Shown: one piece after another, positions 38,391 through 53,300 of the stretch
Layout of the letters: every line of letters begins with the position of its first letter
Position numbering within the stretch: position 1 is the first letter of the stretch
Origin: Aplysia californica
Lineage: Eukaryota
Length of the DNA: 64,000 bases
Assembly (NCBI RefSeq): GCF_000002075.1
Contig: NW_004797758.1
Location: 79,697 to 143,696, forward strand
Reading direction: 5' to 3'
Program-made: the position numbers and the translations under genes
The notes under the pieces: model-generated
Seen by the model: only the letters and a program-made list of their open reading frames with translations
Told to the model about the DNA's origin: nothing
Databases searched by the model: none

Positions 38391-41300
38391 TCAAGCTTTG
38401 CCTTTTCCAGCACTCATCAGATGGAATATGGTGGAAGATATCTTCTCATAGGTGAAGAACATCAGGGCAGCCGTGAGAACAGTTTGCAACAGCTTCGACT
38501 CCATGCCCTTGTACAGAGAGCCAAAACCTCGGGTCCTGATGAGACATTCAAGACAATAAGATCATTGATGAACACGGAAGTCCAAGGAAAAGTAAAACTG
38601 GCTAATCTAAGGAAACAAAGTGCATTCTCTCCAACAAAGACACATTAAGATTTTGTCACAGTATGCTCCTCCTTTCTTGTCAAAAACCTATTGTCATTAT
38701 ATCTCTTGTTTTTCGTATGTTATTCTCTAGAAGCACTTCTAATCTTCAGTACTTAGATGACCTAATTGTGTTCCAAGAGCTGTCTGTAAGACATGTTTTA
38801 CTTTACTCAACAGTCAACTATTATATTTCTTTTTTTTTACATTAACAAGAAATTCCCGTGAGGCTAGCTAATACTATTACAAACCTACCAAATTATCAAT
38901 GACTGAAGTCGGAAAAGTTACCACTAGTTTCTACTTTTCAAAGACAGAAATAGGGAAAATAAGAGCAGAGATCATGTTTGCAAGTCAAAAGTCTTTATAC
39001 TTCAACTTGCTTCCAGATTGATGTTCCAAATCCCACCAATTATTTGAAAAGGTTGAAACTATGTGCATCACTAGGCTGAATAAAGGCCAAAAAGGCTAAA
39101 TGTTTATCAGCACAATATAGGAACAAGAAAGTCAAAAAAGTTGACTGCACACATGGAAAACATCGTTACGATAGTCAACGTAACTCTACATCCTGGAAAT
39201 GCACTTTTCCTGGTGTTATTTGTTCACAATGAACTTTGCAAATTAAGGAAAGAAAACAATTTTTCCTCTGTGGCTGAATTAATTGAGAAAATGATGTTAT
39301 CAGGACCTCTGGGAAATACAGCCTGATTCAGAAATTTCCCAATGTTATCAGAAATATGTAAAAATGCTGGTATATACCAAAAAATATATACTACCGTATT
39401 TTTTAAAAACTAAAGAATAAACTATCAAAATAAAATTTAGATCAACTTTTGATTAACAAATAGGTCTAGAAAATCTTTATCAAGGCAGTATATCTTACCT
39501 GACTAAATGAATCAAGTTTTCCAGGAGAGTTTGAGAGGTTTCCAGCTTCGCATAACCAGCCTGATGAGAAAAAAATAATATGAACACCTTCAGTTCAACA
39601 ACCTCTATTTTTCCCATTGTGAAATTATAAAAATATTCCCTAATGTGAACACTGCATTTAGCCAAATTAAACGAGCAATTCAACCAGAACAGAGATCTTC
39701 CCAGCAAAACTGAAAAAGACAAATTGGTATTTTTGAATTTGGTTGATAGTTGTACCTTTGTTGCAACTTTTTATTCTCGGCAAATCCAGCATCATAATAA
39801 ACACATCTTTTTAATCAGGAATGTAAACAACCAAATCATTAAAAAAGGCTGAAAGTATTATGATTCAAAGAAAAAGGACAGAATGATAAATTCCCCCTAC
39901 TCCTACAGAAAGCAGACGTACAAAAAATTTTACAATTACCCAAATTTTCCAATAGCAGTCAACACCAACACATATTAACACATTACACCCTAACTCGCCC
40001 GTGAATTCCCTTGCGCGCTCCACCCTGACTCGCCCAAAACAGCCCGCGCCGACCTAGCGTCTTTAGAAACGAAGTCTCACCTTGACGAGACTCTGTGGCC
40101 GAAACTTTGATTTGCATGGTTCTTGCAAAAAGTTTCTTCTTTTATTTGATACCGAAACGAAATTTTTCGGGCCAGTAGTTTTAGTATTAGAGAGCCGATA
40201 GAAGTGCGATCGCGTTACCGACACTTCGTAGGTGTCTTGACTTGTTGAAAAGCAACACAATTGAGTTCGAAAAAGGAAATAACGATGGATTTGAGGAAAA
40301 ACAAGCCTATGACAAATCAAATGACTCAGATTTTGATGAAAACATTGTAGCAAGAGTTTGGGACCATTCAGATTGATCAGACGTAGAAAATCTAGAATTT
40401 AGATCTAGGGCCCAACCGCGAGGCTGAGAGTGAGAGTGACGGGTCGAACACCCCGATTGAACTACAGTTAGAACATTTCCAACAATTTGCGCATACATAA
40501 AGTTATATTTTTCTGAAACTGCATTCATTATTCGTTTAAACTTTGATTTTTTTCAGGATTTTTGGAATTTGTTTAGTATTTTTAAAATGTGTTTTTTAAA
40601 CGCTTGTATTCACGGGAGGTGGGTTCCTTCCCCTTACATAGGATCTAACAATGGACTTCCCGTCCAGACCCTTAGGGTGTAATGTGTTAAAAAGATTTAT
40701 TATTATCTAAAGCTCTCTTAAAATGGGGGAAGAGACAGGATTGTCTCGTTATCTATACATACCCGCAGTCGACTCTGTACCACTTGCAGAGGATATGTGA
40801 CAACTGTTGCCACAGCTTTTGCTATTGCGCCTATCAGGAAGTACATCAGTCCACTCAATTCCTGAAAGACAAAGGCACAGGAGGAAATGAGGATACGTTT
40901 GAACTTGAATAGCAAAAATGAGAAGCAAAAAACAACCCCGTCCCCCTAAAAAAATGACCATTGTCAGTCTCCACACTTTATTCTCAAGTCATGATAGGAA
41001 GGGAACATCTGGTTTCATTTTGTTCCTGTATAAAACAATGTGATAAACTAAATTTTTAAAATTCATACAGCATTCATTTAAGATTAAGACAGCCAATAAG
41101 TCGGTTTAAGTATAGTATACGTGAGTTCAAAATAAATATGGTTTCAGAAGAAAAAAACCCAGTACATCTGCTGTGCTCATCTGATCCTTTGCAAATGTGA
41201 CATAGTTATAAGTAAAGAGTTGTCTTGCTGTAAGACACTCGGGACTAACAGATTATTTTCTGACAGGAAATTCACAAGAGACTTGGACTGGAAAAAAAGA

Positions 41301-44300
41301 TCTGCTGCACTGTGGCTACAGAAATTTCCCTCCAGCTAATCATCAAAATCTCAACTTGAGAAAGTATCTAATTACAACAACTGAAACTTAAAAGCAAATT
41401 CAACAGGGGTCAAATATCTATTTTTGTATAGTTTTAATCCTATTAACACTTTGAGCTTATTTCCGTGTATTTACGGGATGCGCTTTATTTATCGATTGAC
41501 AGCTCATGTGTTTTTCGGTTACAAGCTATGGGGAGCAGCAAGCCAACAGTTGACCCATTTGTTTCGTTTCGTTAAAAATTTGGTGAAGTTATGTGCGATA
41601 CTTTTTAAGCTGTAACGGACTAAGTCCGTCACCTATGCATTGCGATAGATGAATTTATTATTTTGACATTGCCATTTCAAAATATTGATAAAATAAAAAC
41701 TATTTGGACAAATTACAATGTAGATGCAGTTTTCTTTTTCTTTCAGAGCATTTCTTTCTTCCTCTTGTTGCCCACCCCTGGTCTAAATGGTCTTTCATGA
41801 GAAAGTAACGATACCCATGTTAAAAATCCCAAAACCAAGCCGACTCCAAAGTCAGTGAACTATTTCAAGACTTACCTCAACTTTCAGAGTTCGCCGAAAG
41901 TAGCGTTTGAGCGCCTCGTACACCATAAACTGTATAGCAGGATTGGAGGCAAGAAGGAGTGAAGGCACGGTACCAGACCACAATTTCTTTACTCCTTCAG
42001 TCTCCAGAATCTTCCTAAGGCAATCTAAGGAAAGCATGATTGATGAAAACAAAATGGACCAAATGGACCAATGAGACGGAAATGAATCAATTTCTAATCT
42101 GAATGAAGCCAGAATTCATTTGCTTTAAAAGTTTAAACTTTAAGAATTCTATACCCACTACAATCAAGAAAACTGGTCCATAGTTTAGAGTTCCGAAAAA
42201 GCATAAACAGAAGGAATCACAGAGTAAATATGACATAACCACCTATGAGCTCACATATCATTCTACCATTAGAGAGGTTGCACCATGTGTCTAGCCTTGT
42301 TCCAAACCCAAAAGCACCCCCCCCCCTCCCCCCTCCATCTACAAAACAGTACAGAGAAGATATAAAAGAAAAAGAAGTAGAACCTACAAAGAGCACTTTA
42401 CAGCTGCAGCTTTATTCTCATATGCACAGAGATATGTGATATGTGGTAAAAAAAAAAAGAAAAACATTATTTACACATAACCAAAGTAGACATCCTCATG
42501 TTTCAAATACAGAGGACCAGAAAAAAACAAGAAAAGAAGAACAAAAAGAAAGAACAAAAAGAAGAAGAATCAACTGGCAGTGGCAGCACTCAAAAGCCAT
42601 GGATGTGTTCCCATTTGCAAAATAAAGACATCATTGGCAAGCGGTTAAATTGTACTGAGCCTGAAAAGCAACATTTTGCAGGAGAAAGAAAAAGCATTTC
42701 ATTCTTTTAAGGATTGTACCTAGATATATGTATTATTTCTTGCTTTTTTCCTACATTTTTATATTCTCGTTACATCTGACCGATGATCCTGTTTCATCTG
42801 ACCCACACCTATGATCACCTGTAAATCTGACCCATATCTGGATATGTAACCACACATACTTGGATATGAAATGACAACCCATGCCTATGATCCCTGTACA
42901 TACATATGATCCTTGTTACATCCAATACATATCTATGATCCCTGACACATCTGACCCATTCCAATGATCCTATTTCATCTGACCCATACCTATGATCCAA
43001 TGAACCTCGCTTCATCTGAACCACACCTATGATCGCCCGTACATCTGACCCATATCTGGATAGAGCTATGTAACCACACATACTTGGATCGATATGAAAC
43101 CACAACTAATGCCTATGATCCCTGTACATATGATCCTCGTTACATCTGATGATCCCGTTACATCTGACACGGACACATACCTATGATCCCTGTTACATCC
43201 GACACATACCTATGATCCCCATTATATTCTACACATACCTATGATCCCTGTTACATCCGACACATACCTATGATCCCTGTTACCCCCGACACATACCTAT
43301 GATCCCTGTTACCCCCGACACATACCTATGATCCCTGTTACCCCCGACACATACCTATGATCCCTGTTACACCCGACACATTTCTATGATCCCTGTTACA
43401 CCCGACACATTTCTATGATCCCTGTTACACCCGACACATACCTATGATCCCCATTATATTCGACACATACCTATGATCCCCATTATATTCGACACATACC
43501 TATGATCCCTGTTACACCCGACACATTTCTATGATCCCCATTATATTCGACACATATCTATGATCCCCGTTACACATTGGACACATACTTATGATCCCCG
43601 TCACAACTGACACTTACCTATGATCCCGTTATACCGGACAGAGTCCCCCGGCAGGCTGGATCCCCCTTGCTGGTAGTGTTCTGTGTACAGCTTGGCTCCC
43701 TGCAGCTTGAGGCGGGTGTTGGCCACCCACAGGGGGGTCGTGATGAGCACATTGAGGATGCCTGTGTGAGACAAGAGAAAAGTTGTCAGGACAATGTACA
43801 ATATTTTAATTGAGTTTTTTCTAAGTTTTTTTTTTTAGTAAGAGTTTTGCGGCACTTGCAACCCCATTAAGTCGTATAAGTGCTGAAGAATAGAGGAAAA
43901 AAACAAAATAAAAGAAAATACAATGAGAGATAGGAAAGAAGGAGAAAAACCACACCATAGCACCCACCAACCACCCACTTAAAGATGTCTCAAGAAGGTA
44001 ATGCTACAAAGACTAGAAACAAAATAAACAAAGCCTCAAAATGCTATGAAGTGACATTGGACATATTGCTTGAGTATTCTTAAGAACAACAAAAAACATA
44101 ATCCTTTACATTTTAACTTCCCTATTCAAACATGTTTGAGAAGTCATATTACTAAAAACATGTAAAAGTAGTCTAGTGCCTAACAAATGATTCTGGAGGT
44201 ACTGATGTTTGTGATATTAAGACATTGATTTTTTTTAAAAACCAACAGTATACAACACAGTATGTCTCTAAACACTGATCAAAACTTTCCCATATATTTT

Positions 44301-47300
44301 TATGTAAAAAAAAAAACCCAATGAAATGAACATACATTTACCGAGTATACCAATATGAAGATTCACATACTAAAGATTATTAGCATTGAGAGACAAACAA
44401 ACAAAGAAAATATAAAGTGAGAAAAACACTGCATACATGAATATGAAGTAAGGCTGCACATGCTGAAAAAAATCATGCAGATAAGAATGACATAAATGTT
44501 AATGTACAAAAGAGATTCCCACTTCAATGAATTTCACTTCTGAACAAATAAAAATGGGAAAGTTTCTTGTTGGATAAGCTAATAAATTGATCGCTCAATA
44601 TGAGACTGCCATATATGTCACATTTCAGAAAGTCATATGGCCGAGTCTTACACGACTTACGCTAAGCAGTCAAAATGTCGATGTAATCATCAGCACAGCA
44701 GCTTTGGTTTTAGTTTTAGTACGAGTTTTACTGCGCTCGCAACTAAGGTCATATGAGTGCCAGAAGAAGGTGTTACAAGAGAGTAACAAACATAAAAAAG
44801 AAGAAGGGGAGATAAGGACGATAGATGTTCGATAGGACAGAAGAAGAAGCAAACCACACCAGAGCACCTGCCAACCACCCACCAGCTTTGGTTTGGATCT
44901 TTGGTCCTTAACCTTGTTCGAGGTATTGAACATGGTAAGTTTCATACACAAGCAATCATCGACCCTTTCTGTAACTTTCTTGAGGGGGGGGGACGGAATG
45001 GAACAGAATGTATCTCATCTATGAATTTGTTAAAGGTTTCCACATTGCAAAAACAAGTCAATGGAAAAATAAAAAAAGAACATGGTATATAATAAGTACA
45101 ACTATCAAGTATTTTAGTAAGAACTTATTTCATTCTCTGAAGACACAGATGCAGGGCACAGTGTTAACTCAGTTTAAAACATAAGATAAACAAATGATTT
45201 CACTTCTACTGAATCCAGTTGAAGAGAGGGATGATGATGCAATAGTTTTAGTTTCAGAAAAAGAGTTTAGAGGCACTTGCGTTTAATTGCTGAATATTAG
45301 GGAAATGTTACTAAAGAGTAACATACAATGAAAAGAGCATCTAATAATGATAGATGTTTGATAAGAAAGAAGGAGCAAACTACACCAGACGACCCGCCAA
45401 CCACCCCAGTAATTTCCATTAATTCATTTTCTTTTCTTATTATTATATTATACCACTACAAATAAGAAAGCATATAAGTCAACTCCGTATTTGAATAGAG
45501 TTTAAGGATTTGAAGAAGGAAGGTGGTAAAAAGGAATTAAAGGAATATGAAAGTGAAAGAAGCTGAGAAAAAAAAAGGAGTAAAACTGGAGTAACCAGTG
45601 TCCATTGATTTATCTTATGACACAGTAAAGTATAGTTCACTTCAGTCCTTGTTACATGGATATTGCTGTTGACTTTCGTTGTGTGAGGAGGCTTGATCAA
45701 GGATCACCAGCTTGCAGTAAAACGAAGACAAAGCTAGCAGTTTTACAAAAACAAAAGACAGCAGCGAGACTTCTCTCATATGCCATGCGGAGTTTAGTTT
45801 CCAGTCTAATAAATCAGAAGCAAAGAGAGTAGCACCAGTTCACTGCTTTTACACGAATACACATGGTTGGAAACATCTGTCACTTCAGATTAAAGATAGG
45901 CAGAATTGGAGACCCCAAAGTCTCCTGGAGGTTACCCGAGGATATGAATATAATATGGATGACACAGCCTATCACTACTGATTCACTACTGATACACATG
46001 TATGATGTATGGTTTGAAATAGGATCTTAGCGAAATTATAATAAAATAATAAAAGTAAAAGAGACTGCATCATGAAAATCAGCAGCTTCAGTACCTCTAG
46101 TACTAGTAGTAAGGTCTGCTTAGTAAAGATCTACTGTTACAGCGATGTCAAAACCAGCTGTGTTTAAAGTTCTCATTGCAACATGAAAGGCAAGCAATGG
46201 CTTGCGCTCTTTTTGTTCTTTTTCTTACTCATTAAATAGGAAAGACCAGCAGCTTATCCCTTAGACTGTAGGTTTACATTAATACAGAAGGACATAAACC
46301 AAAACAGGTTCAGATAAGACAGAAAAAATGCAAATGCTGTCACTACATACAGCAGGGAGGATATTCTCATATGTATACGAAAGAGAAAATCATTGATAAT
46401 GATTGTCATGTAGCCTAGAGTTGCGAAAAGCCATAAACAAAATACAGAACTAGGAAAGTAAAGAATAGGTTTAAGGCCTTTTTCAATAATGTATTGTAAT
46501 TCAACAGAGAGGCTTCTTATTTTTACTTCAGTCGTTAATAAGACCAGCCGAAAAGTACAGAGTTATGGATAATCCCAAATCACCTTGTTCAAGATTGTCA
46601 GGTTGAAGACTTGGACTAGAGTCACCAGCAACTTATTGATGATATTACCAGAACTACAAATGTTTACAAATAAGTTGCCCCTCCCCATCGCATTAGCACA
46701 TTTAGGGGGTAGGCTATTCCAACTCTGTCTGTCAGGCTGAGTGCAACACAACATCCCAGTAGAAAGACAAAGAGGCTCAGGAAAATAGTCTTCTGCATGT
46801 GACAATTGAACTCAAGTTTTTCACAAGCAATGGCCGAGAACTAAACCACTACACCACAGTAGCTAATAAATGTACAATAGATCTTCATCATTTCTGAGGT
46901 GAAAAATAGCAATTGATATACGGGGTATCATTCATAGGTCTACATTTTTAGATGACAAGCAGAAACCGAAAAAGTAGAAAGGTATTTATCAGCACAAATA
47001 AGCGTCAATAAATATCATTTTCACAAACAACCTAAATGTGTAATCATATTTCATTGACAGCATCGAGTGTGCAAATGGTATCGATTGCTAATCATTAATA
47101 ATACAAACATTAACATCCCATCCAGCAATAACAAAAAGAACCATCCAAAACAACACACAAGAAAAGCTATGAGCTGTGTCATACTGAGCAGTAATATACT
47201 GTAGGCTGTCACGATAGTGGACACATTTTACAAGGCGGAGCTCAAGTTTTTAACTTTTGTAAGAGTTTTACGACACTTTCAACACAAATATGTCATTTAA

Positions 47301-50300
47301 GAGCCAAAGATTAGAAATGCTACAAAAGAGTAACATACAAAGAAAGGAAGGAGAGATAAGGATGATTGATGTTTGATTGAAAAGAAGGAACAAAACACAA
47401 CAGAGAACCTACAACCACCGACAGAGTTTAGGGCCATAGAGTTGCAGAAAAAAAGAAGAGCAGACCACAATCCAAAAACAGAAACAGAGAAAAACACCCC
47501 ACAAAAGCCAGCATAATTTATGTAGTGCAGATAAGAGAACTGTGCACGAAAAGGCCAAAAACCTATGATCCAACACACTTTACAAGGTACATTAAACAAG
47601 CAACACACAACACCACACAGAAAACGATCTTTAAAGCTGCTTGAAACTAAATCGAGACAGAGGCAAAAACAGCTTTGTACGTGCACATATGATGAAGCAC
47701 ATCAACCATTATGAAACTGGACACTAAAGTAAATAATAGCTCCAAAAGAAAAGAAAAAAACACTGCAAAAGGCGTGCAGCAGCTAGCAAGAATGGCAGCA
47801 CATTGCAGAAGCTTATTCGTGACGCAACCGGCATCTGTCGACCTCTGTGCAGCAAAATATTGTGTCTTTCGATTCTCCCACAAATGGTACCTGTTGCAAA
47901 GGCAATGGTGAGGTCATAGAGAGCAGTAGTGGAGGTGGCCTCCTCCCCTTTGAACCTCCAATGAAGCAGCTGTAGAGCCGTATATAGGTAAAAGTAGACA
48001 AAACTGCAGCGAGAGGTCGCAAATGACATAGAAGGCCAGCCTCGGTACACGCCTGGGGACTGTGTGGGAGAGACAAGTATGGGCACTAAGGCTGTTGTTG
48101 TTGTTGTTGTTCAATTGTTGTTTACCGGGAGTCAGCACAACAGAAGCACTGTTCCGCCCAGATCATTTTAGGCCAGTTATTGTTTCTGTAAGAGTTTATA
48201 TCCGCACTTGCAACACAAATAGGTTATCTAAGTGGAAAAAATCAGAGGTGGTACCAGAAAGTAACATACAAAAAAAAGAAAAAGGAGAGATTAGGAAAGA
48301 AAGAGCAAATCACACTAGAAAGCCCACCAATTTGCGGGTAAAAATTAGACAAAGAGTACTTTTTAAAAGTCAATTTGCTTGTGTAAAGAGTGCCACAGTG
48401 ATGCAATGAGGGTCATTTAAAGGAGGGGAAAAAAAACCAAAACCGACTGCAACCAACAGGGGGAAAGAGAAGAACTTGGACCCTCCTGAGGAGCCCTCAA
48501 ACAGTCTTTTTAGTTGTCATTCATAGTTGAGATAGCACAATAGTAGGTTCACTTTGCCAGGGGCAGTTTAGGTCATCAGTTTGTTTATTTGTTTGAAACA
48601 GAGATACAGTCTAACTTATCCAAGACAACCACTCCACTCGTTGTCTCCGAAAAAAGTAGTCTCAAACTAGAGACAACATGCAAGAGGAGGCATGAGTAGC
48701 GGTCATTTGTACAGTTGGTTGTTGGCCTAAGTTTGGCTGTACTTGTTCAAATATTTCCCCCGCAATGAAATTAAACTCACGTCTCTTAAGTGTAAGGGGA
48801 AGAGCTTAACCCTTAGACTTCAGATGATGGTTAAAAAAAGATTTTACAACAAAAATAAAAGAGTCATTTAAAAGAATAATTTAAAAAGAAATAATGAAGG
48901 ACATCTCCTATCTACAGTACACTAATTCTAGGAATCTGTAACAAAATGAACATCAAGAGTTTAACAAGCAAGGGGGTTGGGGGGGGGGGGGGGTCTACAG
49001 ATAGAAATGATAGAACCACAGAAAGAATCACAGCACAGATAAAAGTAAACTGCACACTCCAGCTGAGAATTTTGCTTCAATTAATTCTTTCAAGTCATTA
49101 CAGATTATAAATATTTTGTTCATAGAAACATTAACAACCCTGAAAAGAAATGTTATAGTGCACATTAAGTGTAAGAAGCACAGTTCAGTTACTTGAGAAA
49201 CTGGTGTAATAGAGGGAAGGAAGGAAAACAAATATCACAAAAAAATACACACTAGGAATACAAATGCATTAAAAGAAACAAAAAAGCAAAATATAATTTA
49301 CTATTTAGTTTAACTAAGCCGTTTTGTTGTAATGTTAGTGCAAGCAGTGGCAATATTCAGCTATCCTGTATTCTCTCAAACAAGCTTTTCCATAACAGTT
49401 TCCGACTGAAATGAAAATATTCTGCACATAAATATTCAAAGCTACAACCGGAAAGAGCGCTTAACGAAAGTCAAGAGAAAGATCAATGTAATTTGAGAAT
49501 GTTGCTTGAAGCACCAAACTGTCATTACCAAAAAATGAAAGTAATGAAAAGTGATGAGAAGTATTAAAACAGAATGTTACAGGCAGTAGCTGTACAGCCT
49601 ACTCTGCTGTGCCTAGGCAGACGACGTATCTACAAAAATTATTAATTTTTTAATCTTCATTTCAATGGACGCCTATCCCCATTCTACATCTTGTGTCAAA
49701 GGCAGGAAGACGTATCTGAACTACAAATAGGATATTTCACTATGGCAAACAGACATAACTGATGGGCCATGCCCATATTTCCAATTTCAGTGTGACGTAA
49801 CTCAAAATCAAATAAGGTGCAGATACGTCGCTCTGCCTTGGCATGGCAGAATTAGCTTCACACTTACAACATACATCTACTTCAACAAAAGTACAAAGTT
49901 TTATCATTCATAACAACAATGATCACAGTGTCATGCGACCCAAACTCTGAATGAAGAATTATTTTGCAATCAAATTCTTCCATCAAAATCATGCATAAAA
50001 ACACAGAAGAGGTTAGTCAAACATCATGTTATAAATTATGAGGTAATACAAAAAGGTTTAACATGAGTCACTCTTTCACCAGCTATATTAAAATAGATCA
50101 AAATCCTCAGCAAAGAGGAAGTGAAGGTGTTAATAATAATGGTGAGAGAACCACTGACTCAGTGATCAAGCGCACAGGCCCTAAAACATTCAACAAGAAG
50201 AAACACACAACAACAGAACGTGCAAGAACAAGCGAGAAACAAGATGGTGCTACCTGCAGCAAAACCCACACACAAGTCAACAAGGGGGGACGTTTTTTTG

Positions 50301-53300
50301 CGTTTGCCCAGAAGTGACGACTTGATCCCATTGTAAGAATAGAAATAGACGAAGTTGGAGCAGCAGATGGCAGTCACCACAGGAAACCAGCCCCGGTACA
50401 GCCCCTCACTGCAACACACAAACATTGATATGAGAGGAATCAACTGACCACTAAAGGTACCATGAGCAAAGACCCACTGAAACAGTAGGAAACAAAAAGC
50501 AACAAAAACAAAATATTTGTCACATAGCGGTGGAGCGCTCATATGACCTTAGCAGTTGCGAGCGCCGTAAAACCTTATACTACTACTACATAGCGGTGGA
50601 ATCAGGTGCTCGTCACTTTTGGGGCATATGGAGTTATTGGTGTCTTCTTAAAGCTTGTTCATTTGTCTATCTTTCGATTTAAAAAATACACATCTATCTT
50701 TAATTGACGCTGAGATATGTGCAATTGCAGGAAGTGCGGTCGCTTGATTTCAGAGGTAAAACTAGTGAGAAAACGGTCGCAAAAGTCTGGTATCTTCCAA
50801 TACTTTAGAGTCTGAGGAAACTTAAATTGTACTTTTTTTTGTGCCTTAAATCAACATTTTTCAGTAAGGACATAAAAGCTGTTGAGCTAAAAGAACAAAA
50901 TTCGATAAAAAATTGCCCAACTGGCAGAAAAATAGAAAATGCAGATATTTTCAATTTCAATATTTCGACGAGCACCAGATTTCACTACGATGCCTCACTT
51001 ATTATAAAATTAATATCCACAAAGACTTATTAACAATTCTTCTTTACCAACCAGAATAACACACCGTTATGGTTTTTTAAAACCGAATACAGACAATCTT
51101 CATTACTGCTCACTTACTGATTTACAAATGTAACAGAAATATTTTCAAAGTAAACTCAATATAGACTTTAAGTAAGCCACTACGAAGTGAAGATACAACA
51201 TATATATGCAATGGCATACAAAGTATAAATAATAACTAACAATTCCATAGATAAAAAAATAAACTCAAGCTCATAAACATCAACTGGCAACTGGACAAAG
51301 TTTTGTTAAGTAACTCCTGAATAGTTGTCTCAGCCCAAGATTCTGGTATTCGAGAATCAGGAAAAAATAAGAGGATGAGTGAACATGAACTCAACTGTAT
51401 TGGTAATCATTAAGGCTGGGAGCAACCAATGATTGAGTTAGAACAATTTCCCTTTACTTTAAGATCAACAGAGGTGGATGCCACAACATCTTTAGTGTTC
51501 ACTTAATCGGCCAATTAAGTTGGTCTGGATATACCATGCATCATTATTCGTTTTTCGGTTCATAAATACCCTTATCCCAATACTCTTCTCTCAGCTCTAG
51601 CCCCCGCCCCATTAAAAGTAAAAATTCTGGTTCCGAAGAAAAGGGGGATCTTAGGCCAACCAAGATGATAGGAAATCGGAATCTAGATGAAGACAATTGC
51701 ACACAGAGTCAGCAAAATACATTCTATAATCTTCTATATACTATATCATGTCTTTCTCTTTGGTGGAAGACAAAACAATGGCTTCTTTGTGATGGAATCT
51801 TCCTGGAGTGTTTACAACACAGGCATCAACTGTCACCAATCCTGGACGTCCTTTTTCGCCTTTGTAACTTCACACACTGTGTACAACTTGCTTTGTGACG
51901 GACGTCGGACAAATATGTATTTTTTAGTGGAAAATTTAAAAGCACAAGCCAGTCCCAGAGAAAAAAAAAATGTCAGCAATACTCAAGGGCAAGTGCTTCT
52001 TGTCAAGTCAAATGATACACAGACAAAACTTTAAAAAAGGGCCAGTAAAATGTAAGTGTTAGTGCCAGAAGAGAGAGTTATATCAAGAGAAAGTCATTGT
52101 GAAACTGAAAAGTAGCAGCAACATAAAGGGGGCGGAAATTAAAGAAAACATCAAAATGTCATCTATGAAATTAAAAACAAGGAAAACAACTGTAGCCAGG
52201 ACTTCAGTCTAATACCTGACTGCAGTCAAAGAGAAATTACTTCCCAAATATTCTTGTGACATTTATCTATTTATAGAAACATTACCTTCTCCCTCCGAGA
52301 CCTAACATTGACAACACAGTCTATGGAACATTACAGTAACTGCAGCAAACCTGCACTTATCACTACATGGCATTGGACAGAAGGGCGAAAGTCCACCTGT
52401 TGCTGGATCGATAACAACAACAACAATAGAAATATTAAAAGGAGAAAAAATAAAACAAGACAGCAAATGAGACTCTGAAAGCAACACTTGATTTGAGGAA
52501 AAATAAAACCACCCCCCCCCCCCCCCCCCCAAAAAAAAACAAGATAAAAATCTGAGAGTACAAACAACCGAGTCTCCATTTCATTATGAGCAAGGCCTTC
52601 ACACAAACCCATCCGAAGCAACATGGGAAAGAGCTTGAATAATGTATGTCATTTTCTGTGCATCAAAACTGGTAGACACGATCAGCTGACAAAATACTAA
52701 CTCTTGCACCGTTCCATCCTTTGAAAGCAAAACCCATGAAAGCAAATCAGTATGTGAATATTTTATGCATATACACTTATTGTCTAAACATGTTAAACGG
52801 GTTCCAAAACATTTGAGTTCAAATTCACACAAAGGAGCAGGCCCACACACACTTTTATACACACACACACACACACACACAAACACACACGCTATAATGG
52901 CTGTATGCAACTAAGTTTGACTTTCTATGCCATGTGAACAATCTCTAATTTCATAATAGCAATTTTATTAAATCAACAAAAAACAAGATTAACTTACAGC
53001 CCTTCCTCAGTGAAGATGTCTTTGAGCACTTGGAAAGTATTTTTGGCTCGCCTTTGATCATCAACTTTTAAAATGAGAAAAAAAGTAATATAACATGAAT
53101 TAATATACCTGAAAAATTATGGATGTTTTTAAACACAAATTTAAGGTGCTACCACACTATGAAAGTTTAAATATGTACCAAACAAAGGTCTAGTTTGATA
53201 AATTGTGACAATTCTAATTCTTGAAAACCAATGGCATGCTTTACTGCTTCAACTATAAACTACTAAAGTAAAAGAAAAAAGATATAAAAAAACAAAAATG

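Noticed and set aside
42770-43617. CRISPR-like array (29-bp periodicity)
   Set aside because: The units are head-to-tail with no unique spacers, the context is eukaryotic, and the unit derives from the exon junction.
52286-52396. Possible extra SLC25A17 exon (cag|GTGG...GAAG|gtaat)
   Set aside because: No carrier homology and a stop in the required frame; it cannot be told from chance splice motifs.
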